DNA of 64,000 bases from NCBI GenBank assembly GCA_030066335.1, contig JASJBV010000001.1:9065-73064 (forward strand), in the 5' to 3' direction. How positions within the stretch are numbered: position 1 is the first letter of the stretch; the number at the start of each line of letters is the position of its first letter. Below the pieces are notes generated by a model, which had not been told where the DNA came from, did not search any database, and worked only from the letters and a program-made list of their open reading frames with translations. Below, in pieces: positions 1 to 10,296 of this stretch. Position numbers and translations under genes: made by a program. The DNA is from Gammaproteobacteria bacterium. GTDB lineage: Bacteria > Pseudomonadota > Gammaproteobacteria > GCA-001735895.

Positions 1-270
1 TACCCCGCGCAATGCGCGGCGGCTGGCTTCATGTAATTCCTTCAGCGGAGCCCGGATCTCGGCAAACAATTTCTCACCCTGGGCGGTCAGTCTGACCCGC
101 TTATCCAGCCGATCGAACAGGGGGAAGCCGAGAATAGCCTCCAGGTTGCGAATCTGGTGGCTGACCGCGGAAGGCGTTACATAGAGTACCTCAGCGGCCT
201 GCTGAAAACTCAGCTGTTCGGCCGCCGCGGCGAATGTATTGAGGTTGTTGAGGGGTAAACGGGTTTGCAT
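1..270 (-). CDS. LysR-family transcriptional regulator, N-terminal HTH part (5' partial at window edge; start ATG at 268-270)
   Basis: Reverse translation gives MQTRLPLNNLNTFAAAAEQLSFQQAAEVLYVTPSAVSHQIRNLEAILGFPLFDRLDKRVRLTAQGEKLF..., a classic LysR wHTH signature; the ORF runs off the window. Confidence 0.75.
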   Translation of the reverse strand, partial: MQTRLPLNNLNTFAAAAEQLSFQQAAEVLYVTPSAVSHQIRNLEAILGFPLFDRLDKRVRLTAQGEKLFAEIRAPLKELHEASRRALRGV

Positions 271-293
271 ACAGATGAGGATATCTCATCTGT
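271..293. promoter_or_regulatory. Perfect 23-bp palindrome ACAGATGAGGATATCTCATCTGT directly upstream of the LysR start, in the divergent promoter region
   Basis: Seen in sequence; the position fits a LysR-type autoregulatory operator between divergent genes. Confidence 0.4.
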
Positions 294-373
294 AACAAGA
301 GATTAAGTCCTTTGATCAAATAATTTACCAGACCTATGATTACACCATATTCAATTCAGACGAGGACTAGAAA

Positions 374-613
374 ATGTTAGCTAAAACCAAACAAAACAAA
401 GGATCAAACGATACCTTTGATGCCGGCATTGATTACCAATACTATGATAACCGGGCTCGAAACCTGCGTTCTGAGGCTGCCTGGGGATGGCTCAAGGGTT
501 TATTTACAGAACAGCATTTCTCACTCATGAAGATCCGCAACAGCGTTTTCGACCAGGTTGAATCGATGCTTGACAGTATTCGCTGCAGGCTGCGCCCCTG
601 CCCACAGGTCTGA
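374..613 (+). CDS. small hypothetical protein (79 aa) divergent from the LysR regulator
   Basis: ORF with plausible divergent arrangement; no recognisable motif (MLAKTKQNKGSNDTFDAGIDYQYYDNRARNLRSEAAWGW...). Confidence 0.35.
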   Translation: MLAKTKQNKGSNDTFDAGIDYQYYDNRARNLRSEAAWGWLKGLFTEQHFSLMKIRNSVFDQVESMLDSIRCRLRPCPQV

Positions 614-634
614 GCCGGCGCGGTTTATCCCGGA

Positions 635-2806
635 CTAAAAGACCTTTTTGCGACCCGATTCTGAGGTTTTTGGCAGCTTTTCTGTCAGGTAGACCTCCGC
701 TTCGTCCACCGGCAGCGGATGACTCAGGTGATAGCCCTGCGCCATGTCACAACCTAGATCACCCAAGCACTTTAACTGCGCTTCCTGTTCCACCCCCTCG
801 GCGATGGTGTTCAGTTTCAAGCTTTTTGCCAGGGCGATGATGGCATTGACGATCTCGGCATCGGTTGGATTCTCATCGACATCCTGGACAAAGCTGCGAT
901 CGATTTTCAACGTATCCAACGGGAATCGTTTCAGGTAACTCATCGATGAGTAACCGGTACCAAAGTCATCAATCGACAGGCTGACGCCAAGGCTTTTGAG
1001 TTCATTCAGGTCCTTGATGGTTTTCTCGACCTGTTGCATGATCATGCTCTCGGTCATCTCGAGTTCGAGATACTGCGGATCCAGCCCGGCGTCATCCAGC
1101 GTGGCCTCGACCATGTGAATAAATCGCTGCTGGCGGAATTGATAGCTCGACAGGTTGACGCTCATCTTGATCGGCGCCAGCCCGGCCTGCTGCCACAGCA
1201 CCGCCTGCTGACAGGCAGTTTGTAACACCCAGTCGCCGATTGGCATAATCAGGCCTGATTCCTCGGCGACCGGAATGAATTCAGCGGGCGGAATCAATCC
1301 CCGGTCAGGGTCACGCCAGCGTAACAGGGCCTCCACCCCGACCACCGTTCCTTGCTCAATCGATAATTGCGGCTGGTAGTAAAGCATCAGCTCATCTTTT
1401 TCCAATGCATTGCGCAGCTTGGTGCGCAAACCGAGTCTTTCCTTGGAATTCTTGTTCAGGCGCGAAGTGTAAAACTGTAACCGGTTTTTGCCTTCCTTTT
1501 TGGCCTGAACCATGGCGATATCGGCATGTTTGAGTAGCGTCTCCACCGATTCACCGTCCTCGGGATAGGTGGCGATCCCCATACTGGCGGTGATGAAATA
1601 TTCCTGGCCCTCGATGACCATGGTCTGGCCCAGTCGTTCGAGTACACACTGGGCAAATTTTTCCAGCTGCTGCTTGTCGGTATAACTGTCCAGCAAAATA
1701 GCGAACTCATCATCACCTAAACGTGACAGAGTGCTGGATGATGCTCTTTCCTCTCTGATCAAACTATCGCTGGTACGTAAATATTGCGCCAGGGTCCGTG
1801 AAATCACCTTGAGCAAGACATCACCGATATCATGCCCGAGGGTGTCGTTCAAGCGCTTGAACTCATCCAGGTCGAGATACATCAGGGCGACTTTTTTCTC
1901 AGCTTCAGCAGCGACCTCGATTGCCTGTTGGGTGATCTGTTTGAAATGCTCCCGGTTGGGCAGCCCGGTCATCACATCAAAATAGGCCAGTTGATGTATT
2001 TTTTCCTCGGCCTGTTTGCGTTCACTGATATCCTGGATGGTCCCCTGGATACAAATGGGTTCTCCCGCCGCTGACATTAACGCTTCACCCTGGGTGTGGA
2101 TCGAGCGAATGCTGCCATCCGGCAAAAAGATGCGATGATCAATCTTATAAGGTTCACCGTCGGTCATGGCGTTATTCATCACCTGCCTGACCTTATCCCG
2201 GTCCTGTGGATGGCACATGCTGATGAACTCAAGAAAATCTATCTTGACCTGTCCGGGTTGCAGACCGAATATCTGGTAAACCTGATTGGACCAGTGAAAC
2301 TTGTTTTTCTTGATCTGCCATTCCCAGTTTCCCAGGCGTGATATCCGTTGCGCCTCGGACAGTCGATTCTCACTTTTGCGTAATGCAATGAAGGCCTGGC
2401 TGGCTTTTAGAATGTAGAGTATTCGGTGATTGAGGATCGGCCAGTTGACCGGCTTGGTGATGAAATCGGTGGCATCCACTTCGAACGCACGCATGATCGA
2501 CTCATGATCATCAAGCCCGGTTATCAGCATAATCGGGATATCCTTGCCCTCGGCTAACTGGCGGATTTTTTCACAGGCCTCGAACCCATCCATTACCGGC
2601 ATCTTGATATCCATGATCACCAGGTCTGGTTTTATCTGTTTGAACAGGATCAGGGCTTCGGCACCATTTACCGCCTCGTGCACGTTCATGTTGATCTGGG
2701 TCAGGGTTTCATTCAACATCAGCCTTTGGGCTGGGTCATCGTCGACCACCAGCACGACATGCCTTTGTAATGTTATATCTCGATCAAGCATTGGCACAGA
2801 GTTCAA
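635..2806 (-). CDS. response regulator with REC-PAS-GGDEF(degenerate GDDEF)-EAL domains (c-di-GMP phosphodiesterase type)
   Basis: N-term REC (VVLVVDDDP...[11 protein letters not shown]), [16 protein letters not shown] in place of GG[DE]EF, EAL block [10 protein letters not shown]; last gene of the SBP-HK-RR operon. Confidence 0.85.
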   Translation of the reverse strand: MNSVPMLDRDITLQRHVVLVVDDDPAQRLMLNETLTQINMNVHEAVNGAEALILFKQIKPDLVIMDIKMPVMDGFEACEKIRQLAEGKDIPIMLITGLDDHESIMRAFEVDATDFITKPVNWPILNHRILYILKASQAFIALRKSENRLSEAQRISRLGNWEWQIKKNKFHWSNQVYQIFGLQPGQVKIDFLEFISMCHPQDRDKVRQVMNNAMTDGEPYKIDHRIFLPDGSIRSIHTQGEALMSAAGEPICIQGTIQDISERKQAEEKIHQLAYFDVMTGLPNREHFKQITQQAIEVAAEAEKKVALMYLDLDEFKRLNDTLGHDIGDVLLKVISRTLAQYLRTSDSLIREERASSSTLSRLGDDEFAILLDSYTDKQQLEKFAQCVLERLGQTMVIEGQEYFITASMGIATYPEDGESVETLLKHADIAMVQAKKEGKNRLQFYTSRLNKNSKERLGLRTKLRNALEKDELMLYYQPQLSIEQGTVVGVEALLRWRDPDRGLIPPAEFIPVAEESGLIMPIGDWVLQTACQQAVLWQQAGLAPIKMSVNLSSYQFRQQRFIHMVEATLDDAGLDPQYLELEMTESMIMQQVEKTIKDLNELKSLGVSLSIDDFGTGYSSMSYLKRFPLDTLKIDRSFVQDVDENPTDAEIVNAIIALAKSLKLNTIAEGVEQEAQLKCLGDLGCDMAQGYHLSHPLPVDEAEVYLTEKLPKTSESGRKKVF

Positions 2807-5666
2807 TTTCTTTGCTTAGCGCGGAACAGGCCATATGGTATGCGGATTCGAGGTCATCCAGCAACTTGTGTGCAGCCTCCAGGGTCTGCTCTCTGCCAAA
2901 TTGCTCCAGTTCCCTGCTCAGCTCGGAAACCCTCATCACGCCAAGGTTGGCACTGCTCGATTTAAGGCTGTGCGCCGCTTCCTCCAGCGCTTTGGCATCA
3001 CCGCTCTCGATCGATTGCCTGATCGCCTGCATCAGCATCGGTGAATCATTGAGGTAAATATCGATCACCTTTTTCAATAAATCCGGCGCGCCGGGCCGCT
3101 GCATCGCGCGGATTTTTTCCAGCGAGTCCTGCTGCAAAGGATTTACCGCATCAGCTTCTGTAACCGCAGCAGACGGTTGCTGATCAGCATCTACTTGTTG
3201 CGAAGCGACCGGGGCGCCCAGCCACTTGGTCAGGACTGCCCACAATTGCTGCTGATCGAATGGTTTGCTCATATAATCATCCATGCCCGCGGCACTGCAC
3301 TCCTGCTGAATGCCTTTTTGCACATTGGCGGTCAGGGCGATGATCGGCATATGCCGCTGCTGCGGCGCATCCGCCGAGCTGTGGTATCTTCTGATTTCGC
3401 TGGTGGCCTGGAAGCCATCCATGACCGGCATCTGGCAATCCATCAGTACCAGGTCGAAATCTTCGCGCAGCGTCGCTTCCACCGCCTGTTCACCATTATC
3501 AACCACGGTAACCCGACAGCCGAGGATTTCCAGCATACTCAAGGCGACCTCCTGGTTCACCGGGTTATCCTCGGCTAACAGAACATGCGCATGCAGTGGC
3601 GAGTCAGCGGCATGGGCAAGCCTGGGTTCGGTGATATCCTCAGTCGGTTCGGGGATGTTGATGACGTTGGTCAGGCAGTCGTAGAGAGCTCTTTGGCGGA
3701 CCGGTTTATTCACATAGTAATGAATTCCGGCGGCCTTGGCGCGCTGGGTCTCTTCATCGAATGCAGCTGAACTCAGCATCACCATGCGCTTGGGTGAGAT
3801 CTCCGGGTCATTTTGAATTTGCTCAGCCAGTTCTATGCCATCCATGTTTGGCATGTGCCAGTCGAGGATGATCAGTTCATAGGGATCTCCCTTGCGCTCC
3901 GCTGCGCGAATGATCTCCAGGGCCTTGTCGCCGCTGTCAGCAATGCCATCGATCATGCCCCAGGCATTACATTGATTATGCAAAATTTCCCGGTTGGTTG
4001 GGTTGTCATCCACGATCAATACGCGCACAGCATCGAGCTCACGGGTAAATTCGGTGATTGCATCGACCGGTTCCGCTACCGGTAAATCCAGAGTGAAATG
4101 GAAGTTGGAACCCTTGCCCAGCTCACTCTCTACCTCCAGTTTCCCGCCCAGGGCAGCAACCAGCTGGTGCGAGATGGCGAGACCGAGACCGGTGCCACCG
4201 AATTTGCGCGTGGTTGAACTATCCGCCTGGGAGAAAGATTCAAAGATGCCATTCTGCTGTTCCCGGGTCATACCGATGCCGGTGTCTTCAACCTCAAAGT
4301 GCAGGGTCAGGGTTTCTGCGGATTCCTGCAGCTTGCTCAGGCGCATGACAATTTCACCAACCTCGGTGAACTTGATGGCATTGCCAATCAGGTTGATCAG
4401 AATCTGGCGGATACGGTTTTCATCGCTGCTGACCATCATCACCGGATCCAGCGGCAATACCGGGGTTAGGTCGAGGCCCTTGTTGTGCGCGCGTTCAGCG
4501 AGAAATTCAGCGGTATCCTCGAGCGTGATACGCAGATCAAAATCGCGCTGCTCAAGCTCCAGTTTGCCGGCTTCGATCTTGGAAAAATCCAGGATGTCGT
4601 TAATGATCGCCATCAAGGTATCACCGGAACGCAGAATGGTCTGGGCAAAATGCTTTTGCCGTCCACTCAGCTCACTGGCCAGCAACAATTCGGCCATCCC
4701 CAGCACGCCATTCATCGGGGTGCGGATTTCATGACTCATGGTCGCCAGGAATTCACTCTTGGCGCGACTGGCCGCCTCGGCTGCTTCTTTCGCATCCTTC
4801 AGGTTACGGGTGCGCTCCTCGACGGTTTGCTCGAGGCTGTTACTGTATTCAATCAGTTGTTCGCGATTTTGCGACAACTTACTGTGCATGCTGCTGAAGC
4901 TCTTGGCCAAGTCGCCCAGTTCATCATTACGCGCAATGTCGATTTTGACACTATCATCGCCTTCACCGATTCGACGCGCAAATTCGGTCAGGCGGGTAAT
5001 CGGCCGGGACAGGCTGTTGGATACCCAGACCGCCAGTAACAGGGCCAGGATGAATAGTCCCAGGGTAATCAGCAACAACACGTAAAGGCTCTGGTTTTCA
5101 CCCCGCTGCTTGATTTGCAGCAGACGTTCATTGACCTCGGCGATATCCTCCATCACTCCGCTTAACGAGAAACCGAGGCGGATGCGGCCTATCTGGGTGT
5201 CTTCGCTGATCATCAGCGGCATCGAGTAATCGATGAAATAATTGGTCTCCTGGATCAGAAACTTATCGGATTTCCCGGCCCTTATCGCAACCGGGTCTTC
5301 AAGCCGCTGACCGAATGTCGGAATTTCATCTATGCCGTCATGAACGACCTTTTCCTCGTTATCCAGCACATAGAAATAAATCACGTCCTCCTGGTTCAGC
5401 GCGGTCTGGGAAATTTCAAATATCGCCTGGATGTCGTAGTCGTATACCGGGTTGATCAGGTTTTCGGCAAGCAGGCGGGTCATGGTCTCGCCACGCTGAT
5501 GCAGTTTACTCATCAGGCGCTGCTTCATTTCCTGTGCCGTGACCTCTGACATATCCTCGCCATGGCGCTGAAAATTGATCAGCAGTGCACCCGCCAACAA
5601 CGCGATGTTGAAAAACACCAGCGCCACGATGGCGAATGCATATTTATTTCTGAGTGGAAATCTCAC
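2784..5666 (-). CDS. hybrid sensor histidine kinase (TM-periplasmic domain-HAMP-HisKA-HATPase-REC-REC-Hpt)
   Basis: H-box [12 protein letters not shown]-box GTGLGLAI, two DxxxD/K receiver regions ([13 protein letters not shown]..., [13 protein letters not shown]...), C-terminal Hpt ([11 protein letters not shown]); ATGA overlap with upstream SBP gene. Confidence 0.9.
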   Translation of the reverse strand: MRFPLRNKYAFAIVALVFFNIALLAGALLINFQRHGEDMSEVTAQEMKQRLMSKLHQRGETMTRLLAENLINPVYDYDIQAIFEISQTALNQEDVIYFYVLDNEEKVVHDGIDEIPTFGQRLEDPVAIRAGKSDKFLIQETNYFIDYSMPLMISEDTQIGRIRLGFSLSGVMEDIAEVNERLLQIKQRGENQSLYVLLLITLGLFILALLLAVWVSNSLSRPITRLTEFARRIGEGDDSVKIDIARNDELGDLAKSFSSMHSKLSQNREQLIEYSNSLEQTVEERTRNLKDAKEAAEAASRAKSEFLATMSHEIRTPMNGVLGMAELLLASELSGRQKHFAQTILRSGDTLMAIINDILDFSKIEAGKLELEQRDFDLRITLEDTAEFLAERAHNKGLDLTPVLPLDPVMMVSSDENRIRQILINLIGNAIKFTEVGEIVMRLSKLQESAETLTLHFEVEDTGIGMTREQQNGIFESFSQADSSTTRKFGGTGLGLAISHQLVAALGGKLEVESELGKGSNFHFTLDLPVAEPVDAITEFTRELDAVRVLIVDDNPTNREILHNQCNAWGMIDGIADSGDKALEIIRAAERKGDPYELIILDWHMPNMDGIELAEQIQNDPEISPKRMVMLSSAAFDEETQRAKAAGIHYYVNKPVRQRALYDCLTNVINIPEPTEDITEPRLAHAADSPLHAHVLLAEDNPVNQEVALSMLEILGCRVTVVDNGEQAVEATLREDFDLVLMDCQMPVMDGFQATSEIRRYHSSADAPQQRHMPIIALTANVQKGIQQECSAAGMDDYMSKPFDQQQLWAVLTKWLGAPVASQQVDADQQPSAAVTEADAVNPLQQDSLEKIRAMQRPGAPDLLKKVIDIYLNDSPMLMQAIRQSIESGDAKALEEAAHSLKSSSANLGVMRVSELSRELEQFGREQTLEAAHKLLDDLESAYHMACSALSKEIELCANA

Positions 5667-6616
5667 AACCCGAGACGTTCCTCAACCCCGGGCTTCAGAC
5701 CTCGTGCACGATCTATACCCGCCTGGATCGAGTCATCGATAGGATCGAACTGGGTGGTCTTCTGGTAGGCCTTCATCGCCGCCCGGGCATTTTCGTCATC
5801 CTTGGCCGCGAGCAACACCGATATCAGGCGCTGCTTGACCTCGGGGCGCAGGCCCTTGCGCACCACTTCGATGGCCCGCGGAAATGATTCGCTCTGATAA
5901 AACACCTTCATATCGTTCTTGAATGAACCCGGATTATGATCTCCTTTCTCCCAGTCGAGATTGGAGTAGGCACCGGCATTTACCAGCCCCTTGTGTACCC
6001 AGGTAGACATATTGATTTCGTCTTTACCAAATACATAGCCTACCTCGTCACCGTCAACGCTATCCCGCGGTGATTCCAGGCGAACCAGCTCAAGTCCGGC
6101 ATCGAGCAGGATCGATGCCGGGATGAAAAATGCAGAAGTGGACCCCTCATCCTCAAAGGTGATGACCCGGCCCTTCAAATCCTGCAGTGACTCGATACCT
6201 GAATCTTTTCTGGTGAAAAATACCGAATGGTACTGGCCAACCCCTTTTTTATGCTTGACCAGAATGATCTCGGCACCGGCCTTGTCTTCGAGTTCAACCG
6301 ACGAGAACACGGTCTCAGTCACCCAGTCTACTTTACCCCGCTTCAGATAATTTATCATCTGTCGGTTGTCTTTCGCCATCAGCACCTCCACCCGGTCGAT
6401 ACCGAGGTCCTGCATGCGCTCGACCACGTAATCACCTATCGGCTTCAGGTATTTATAATGTTTCTTGGGATTTTTACTGATCTTGCCGATAACCAGGGTG
6501 CGCTCACGCTCGGCATCGGCGGCATGCGCCTCTGGTAGTGGGGAAACCAACATGCTCAGGCCAATTAACAGCCCGAACAAGGGTGTTGTCAGGGCAGATA
6601 TTTTGCTGGAATACAT
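5663..6616 (-). CDS. periplasmic PhnD/SsuA-like substrate-binding protein, partner of the downstream kinase
   Basis: Signal peptide (…[13 protein letters not shown]), PhnD-like fold motifs; start/stop overlap with kinase gene. Confidence 0.75.
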   Translation of the reverse strand: MYSSKISALTTPLFGLLIGLSMLVSPLPEAHAADAERERTLVIGKISKNPKKHYKYLKPIGDYVVERMQDLGIDRVEVLMAKDNRQMINYLKRGKVDWVTETVFSSVELEDKAGAEIILVKHKKGVGQYHSVFFTRKDSGIESLQDLKGRVITFEDEGSTSAFFIPASILLDAGLELVRLESPRDSVDGDEVGYVFGKDEINMSTWVHKGLVNAGAYSNLDWEKGDHNPGSFKNDMKVFYQSESFPRAIEVVRKGLRPEVKQRLISVLLAAKDDENARAAMKAYQKTTQFDPIDDSIQAGIDRARGLKPGVEERLGL

Positions 6617-7032
6617 ACATTTCTCCTTGAAATTTAGCGGGATAATCTGGAAGTCGATCCGGCCTCGTTCAACCTGCTCGGCTTCGGTTTTTGTTGTTTT
6701 AAATCACTGCCAACATGCTTATCGGCAGTATCCGTTAACCTATGAGTATTGATTATAGAATGCACCTAAAAATATTCCGGGATTAGCGAATAATTGCATA
6801 TTGAAACTATCTCCCGTGAAATCCGCGTTCGCAAAGGGTTTTGCGGGGGTAATCGTGATGAATGCTTTACCCGTGAAGACCAGGCAGGAGCGGAAAAAGA
6901 AGAAGGGATCAATGACTGATCCCCTCGTGGTTGATGCCGGCTACACAGATTGATTCGTGTTGTTGAATCTGGCGGACCCGGTATTGGGGGCTCATCCTGC
7001 TCTCGCAGGATAAGCAACCCCGTGTTCATCAC

Positions 7033-7476
7033 CTAATAGTAAATGCACATTTTTGTTTGCAGGCAGTTTCCATGCTGGTTCTGCTGGCCGCAGCTGAAGC
7101 GATGGACCCCGCGGGTGATTTCCCCATCCCAGTAAACCGATAACTTGGTACGCTCTTGCTGTGGTTCACTATCCGGACCCCGGGTGCTCTCACGCCGCTT
7201 GGTGGTATCGCCTACCTGAATCGCGACCTGGGCAAAAGCGGTGTATCCGGCACGATCATCGAAGTCGACAAACGAGTCGCACTCGATGATCACATTCTGG
7301 GTCTGGACGATGAACAGGTCCTTTTCCACCCGGCAGGCATTGCCTGCGACCGGATCATCCCGGTGTTTGGATTTAAAACAGTCAACGGTCACGTCCTGTC
7401 TCTGCGCATAGGCAGACGGCAGCAACAGCAGTGAACCGAGGATAACGATGAAGATCGATTTGATGATATTTTTCAT
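7033..7476 (-). CDS. hypothetical secreted protein (signal peptide, several Cys)
   Basis: Internal start MKNIIKSIFIVILGSLLLLPSAYA chosen over the longer ORF; no family recognised. Confidence 0.45.
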   Translation of the reverse strand: MKNIIKSIFIVILGSLLLLPSAYAQRQDVTVDCFKSKHRDDPVAGNACRVEKDLFIVQTQNVIIECDSFVDFDDRAGYTAFAQVAIQVGDTTKRRESTRGPDSEPQQERTKLSVYWDGEITRGVHRFSCGQQNQHGNCLQTKMCIYY

Positions 7477-7697
7477 GTCTCTGTCCCTTGAGTTTTGCTG
7501 ATAAATATCATTCAAACACAAGACGCTGAGCAATAAATTGACGGTGATCAACAGACGAACACAGAGCCCGGGCCAGCCTGAAAATGGTCGTGCTACGGCT
7601 AGGACAGGTGTCTGCGGTGGCTTGTCTTAGCTAGATGATGAGTTTATCCTTGATCGACAACCAATAATGCAGTCCTCATCACCAACCGGAGCGAATC

Positions 7698-8495
7698 ATG
7701 AAAATCTATAAACTACTGTTTTCCCCGCTCATCCTGATCGGCTTGCTGGCGAGCCAGGTTGCCCAAGCGGCGGTGGTCACCGAAGAAATTACCTACCGCG
7801 ATGGCGATACCGAGATGATCGGTTATCTCGCCTATGATGATCGCAACATGTCGCCACGCCCCGGCATTCTGATCGTCCATGAATGGTGGGGGCATAACGA
7901 ATATGCGCGGATGCGGGCACGTATCCTGGCCGCGATGGGTTATACCGCGCTGGCGGTGGATATGTATGGCGATGGCAAAACCGCCAATCACCCCAGTGAT
8001 GCCGGTAAGTTTGCCGGTGCGGTGGGCGGCAACATGCCGCTGGCCAAGGCCCGGTTCGAGGCGGCTTTGCAAACCCTGAAATCACACCGCACCGTGGAGA
8101 CGGACAATATCGCGGCGATAGGTTATTGCTTCGGCGGTAGCATCGTCCTCAACATGGCGCGCCTGGGCGTGGACATCGACGGGGTAGTCAGCTTCCATGG
8201 CGGCCTCACGACCGGCAATCCCGCCCAGTCCGGTATGGTGAAAGCCAGGGTCCTGGTATTCAACGGTGAAGCGGACCCGCTGATCAAGCCGGAAGATGTC
8301 ACCGGATTCCAGCAGGAAATGGATGCTGCCGGTGTTGATTACAAACTGATCAACTATCCCGGCGTGCTGCACAGCTTCACTAACCCGCAAGCGGATCAAT
8401 TCGCCGAGGCCTTCAATTTGCCGGTAGCTTACGATCAGTATGCAGATGAGGATTCCTGGCGGCAGATGGGTGATTTCTTTCGCGAGATCTTCTGA
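7698..8495 (+). CDS. dienelactone hydrolase family protein (secreted)
   Basis: Signal peptide, HEWWG, GYCFGG nucleophile elbow, C-terminal His region typical of the DLH family. Confidence 0.85.
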   Translation: MKIYKLLFSPLILIGLLASQVAQAAVVTEEITYRDGDTEMIGYLAYDDRNMSPRPGILIVHEWWGHNEYARMRARILAAMGYTALAVDMYGDGKTANHPSDAGKFAGAVGGNMPLAKARFEAALQTLKSHRTVETDNIAAIGYCFGGSIVLNMARLGVDIDGVVSFHGGLTTGNPAQSGMVKARVLVFNGEADPLIKPEDVTGFQQEMDAAGVDYKLINYPGVLHSFTNPQADQFAEAFNLPVAYDQYADEDSWRQMGDFFREIF

Positions 8496-8524
8496 CCCAC
8501 AGCGGTTAGGCCGGATAGATTGAC

Positions 8525-8552
8525 CAAACCCATCATTATGATGGGTTTTTTA
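8525..8552 (+). terminator. rho-independent terminator AAACCCATCATTATGATGGGTTTTTT
   Basis: GC-containing stem with T-run immediately after the hydrolase stop. Confidence 0.6.
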
Positions 8553-8668
8553 TCTGAACATCCTGCTCCTTGCTCGAGTTGGATGAGCTGTCAATCCACT
8601 GCGAGCAGACAGGCTGGATTAATTGTAAAAACGCCGCAAAATCAGCAGCTAGCTGGAGTACACCGATT

Positions 8669-9190
8669 ATGAATCTATATTTCAGACTGCTGTTGATCCT
8701 GTTGAAAAGTCTGTCCCCACCCCGCATAGAGCCACTGGCTGAAAGCCGCTGCCGTTTCCGGGCCTGGCCGCTGGACTGCGACATCAACCTGCATCTTACC
8801 AATGCGCGCTATTTCGCCCTGTGTGACCTGAGTCGGATTTACCTGATGGGCCAGACCGGTATCCTGTTCAAGGCGATCAAACGCAAATGGCTGCCCGTGG
8901 TGCAGGCGCAGGAAGTCAGGTATTTCAAACCGATCAATCCCTTCCAACGCTTCGATGTCGCAACCAGGATCACCTACTGGGATGACAAGTACTGGTACAG
9001 CGAGCACAAGTTCACGGTCGGCGACAGGCTATGTGCCATCCTGCAGGTGCGGGGCGTGTTCGTGCATGGACGCAATATCATACCCATGGGCGAGATACTG
9101 GCGCTCACCGGTAAAGACATCGACCCGCCCGAGAAACCGGAAAATATCGAATCCTGGCATAACCTGATTGCGGGCAGGGACAAGGCGTAG
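8669..9190 (+). CDS. hotdog-fold acyl-CoA thioesterase-like protein
   Basis: Internal ATG (MNLYFRLLLILLK...) after the terminator; length and composition resemble 4HBT_2-type thioesterases. Confidence 0.5.
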   Translation: MNLYFRLLLILLKSLSPPRIEPLAESRCRFRAWPLDCDINLHLTNARYFALCDLSRIYLMGQTGILFKAIKRKWLPVVQAQEVRYFKPINPFQRFDVATRITYWDDKYWYSEHKFTVGDRLCAILQVRGVFVHGRNIIPMGEILALTGKDIDPPEKPENIESWHNLIAGRDKA

Positions 9191-9261
9191 ATTGGCTCAC
9201 GCTAAACCGTATGATGAAACCACCATCAAGCTCGGCAAAAGTCATTACATAAGCTATTAAT

Positions 9262-10287
9262 ATGGGTGTATATCAAGAAAATTTTAATAACAACAGCATG
9301 TCTTTATACCGGGTCATAATTTTATCTATTTTTCTGCTGTCACTCGTTGGCTGTAGCAACCAGGAATCCGCGCAAAAATCCCAACTCACCATCGGTCTGG
9401 CGACGAACAATCCGAATGGCCTGAAGAATATCGAAGGCTTCCGTCAGGCTATGGCCAGGCTGGGATACATTGAAGGTGAAAATGTCAGCTATCAATTTGC
9501 CGGGACATTTACCCGGGGAGAGGACTTATCAACGAGTCTGAGCGAGATGATCAACACCCCGGTAGACCTGATCTTCACTGCCGGTACCGGTACCGGTGTG
9601 ATGGCGCATAAACTGACCAGCGCTGAGCAGATACCGGTGGTGTTTGGTGTTATTGCTGACCCGGTGATGGCGGGGGTGCTGGATAACCTTGAACGTCCCG
9701 GTGGCCACATCACCGGCATCATGATCAGCCCCAACCAGTCCCAACGCTTGAAGTACCTGGTCGATATGGTGCCGGGTATCCAGAATATATACATCCTGCA
9801 CGATCCCGATAACAGTGCGGCAACCAGTGCCTTATCCCAGGTCAGGCAATATGCCTCCAGGCTTGGGGTCAAGCTGGACATCCATCAGGCGCATACACCG
9901 GAACAGGTCGAACAAGCCCTGGAGTCACTCCCGTCCAATATCGATGCGATATTCATGTTGCCGGATAGCACGATCAACCGGCATCAGAGCAAATTACTGC
10001 AAATAGCCATTGACCGAAAACTGCCGGTTTCCGGACCGAGTATCATTCAAGCGGAAAAGGGTGCCTTGTTTGCTTATGGGATCGTCCATCACGAGGCCGG
10101 CGCGCAGGCAGCCCCAATCGCCGACATGATACTCAAGGGTTCGAAACCGGGTGACATGCCCATCCAGACCGCAGATTTTTACCTGGGCATCAACATGGCA
10201 ACCGCAAAAAAAATCGGCATCAACATACCTGACCATTTCCTGCGACAGGCACACAAGGTCATCAGGGATAATTCCATGTCAAAATAA
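9262..10287 (+). CDS. ABC_sub_bind-type (TM1135/BMP-like) periplasmic substrate-binding lipoprotein, partner of the downstream kinase
   Basis: Lipobox LVGCS; sequence shape of PF04392-like SBPs; 9 bp upstream of hybrid kinase gene. Confidence 0.75.
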   Translation: MGVYQENFNNNSMSLYRVIILSIFLLSLVGCSNQESAQKSQLTIGLATNNPNGLKNIEGFRQAMARLGYIEGENVSYQFAGTFTRGEDLSTSLSEMINTPVDLIFTAGTGTGVMAHKLTSAEQIPVVFGVIADPVMAGVLDNLERPGGHITGIMISPNQSQRLKYLVDMVPGIQNIYILHDPDNSAATSALSQVRQYASRLGVKLDIHQAHTPEQVEQALESLPSNIDAIFMLPDSTINRHQSKLLQIAIDRKLPVSGPSIIQAEKGALFAYGIVHHEAGAQAAPIADMILKGSKPGDMPIQTADFYLGINMATAKKIGINIPDHFLRQAHKVIRDNSMSK

Positions 10288-10296
10288 CCTGGACCC

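Noticed and set aside
3994-5085. Several plus-strand ORFs of 115-246 aa
   Set aside because: Antisense to the hybrid histidine kinase gene; Ser/Arg-rich low-complexity translations
6766-7032. 88-aa minus-strand ORF in the intergenic region upstream of the SBP-kinase operon
   Set aside because: Pro/Ser/Arg-rich, no RBS, sits in a probable promoter/leader region; more likely non-coding
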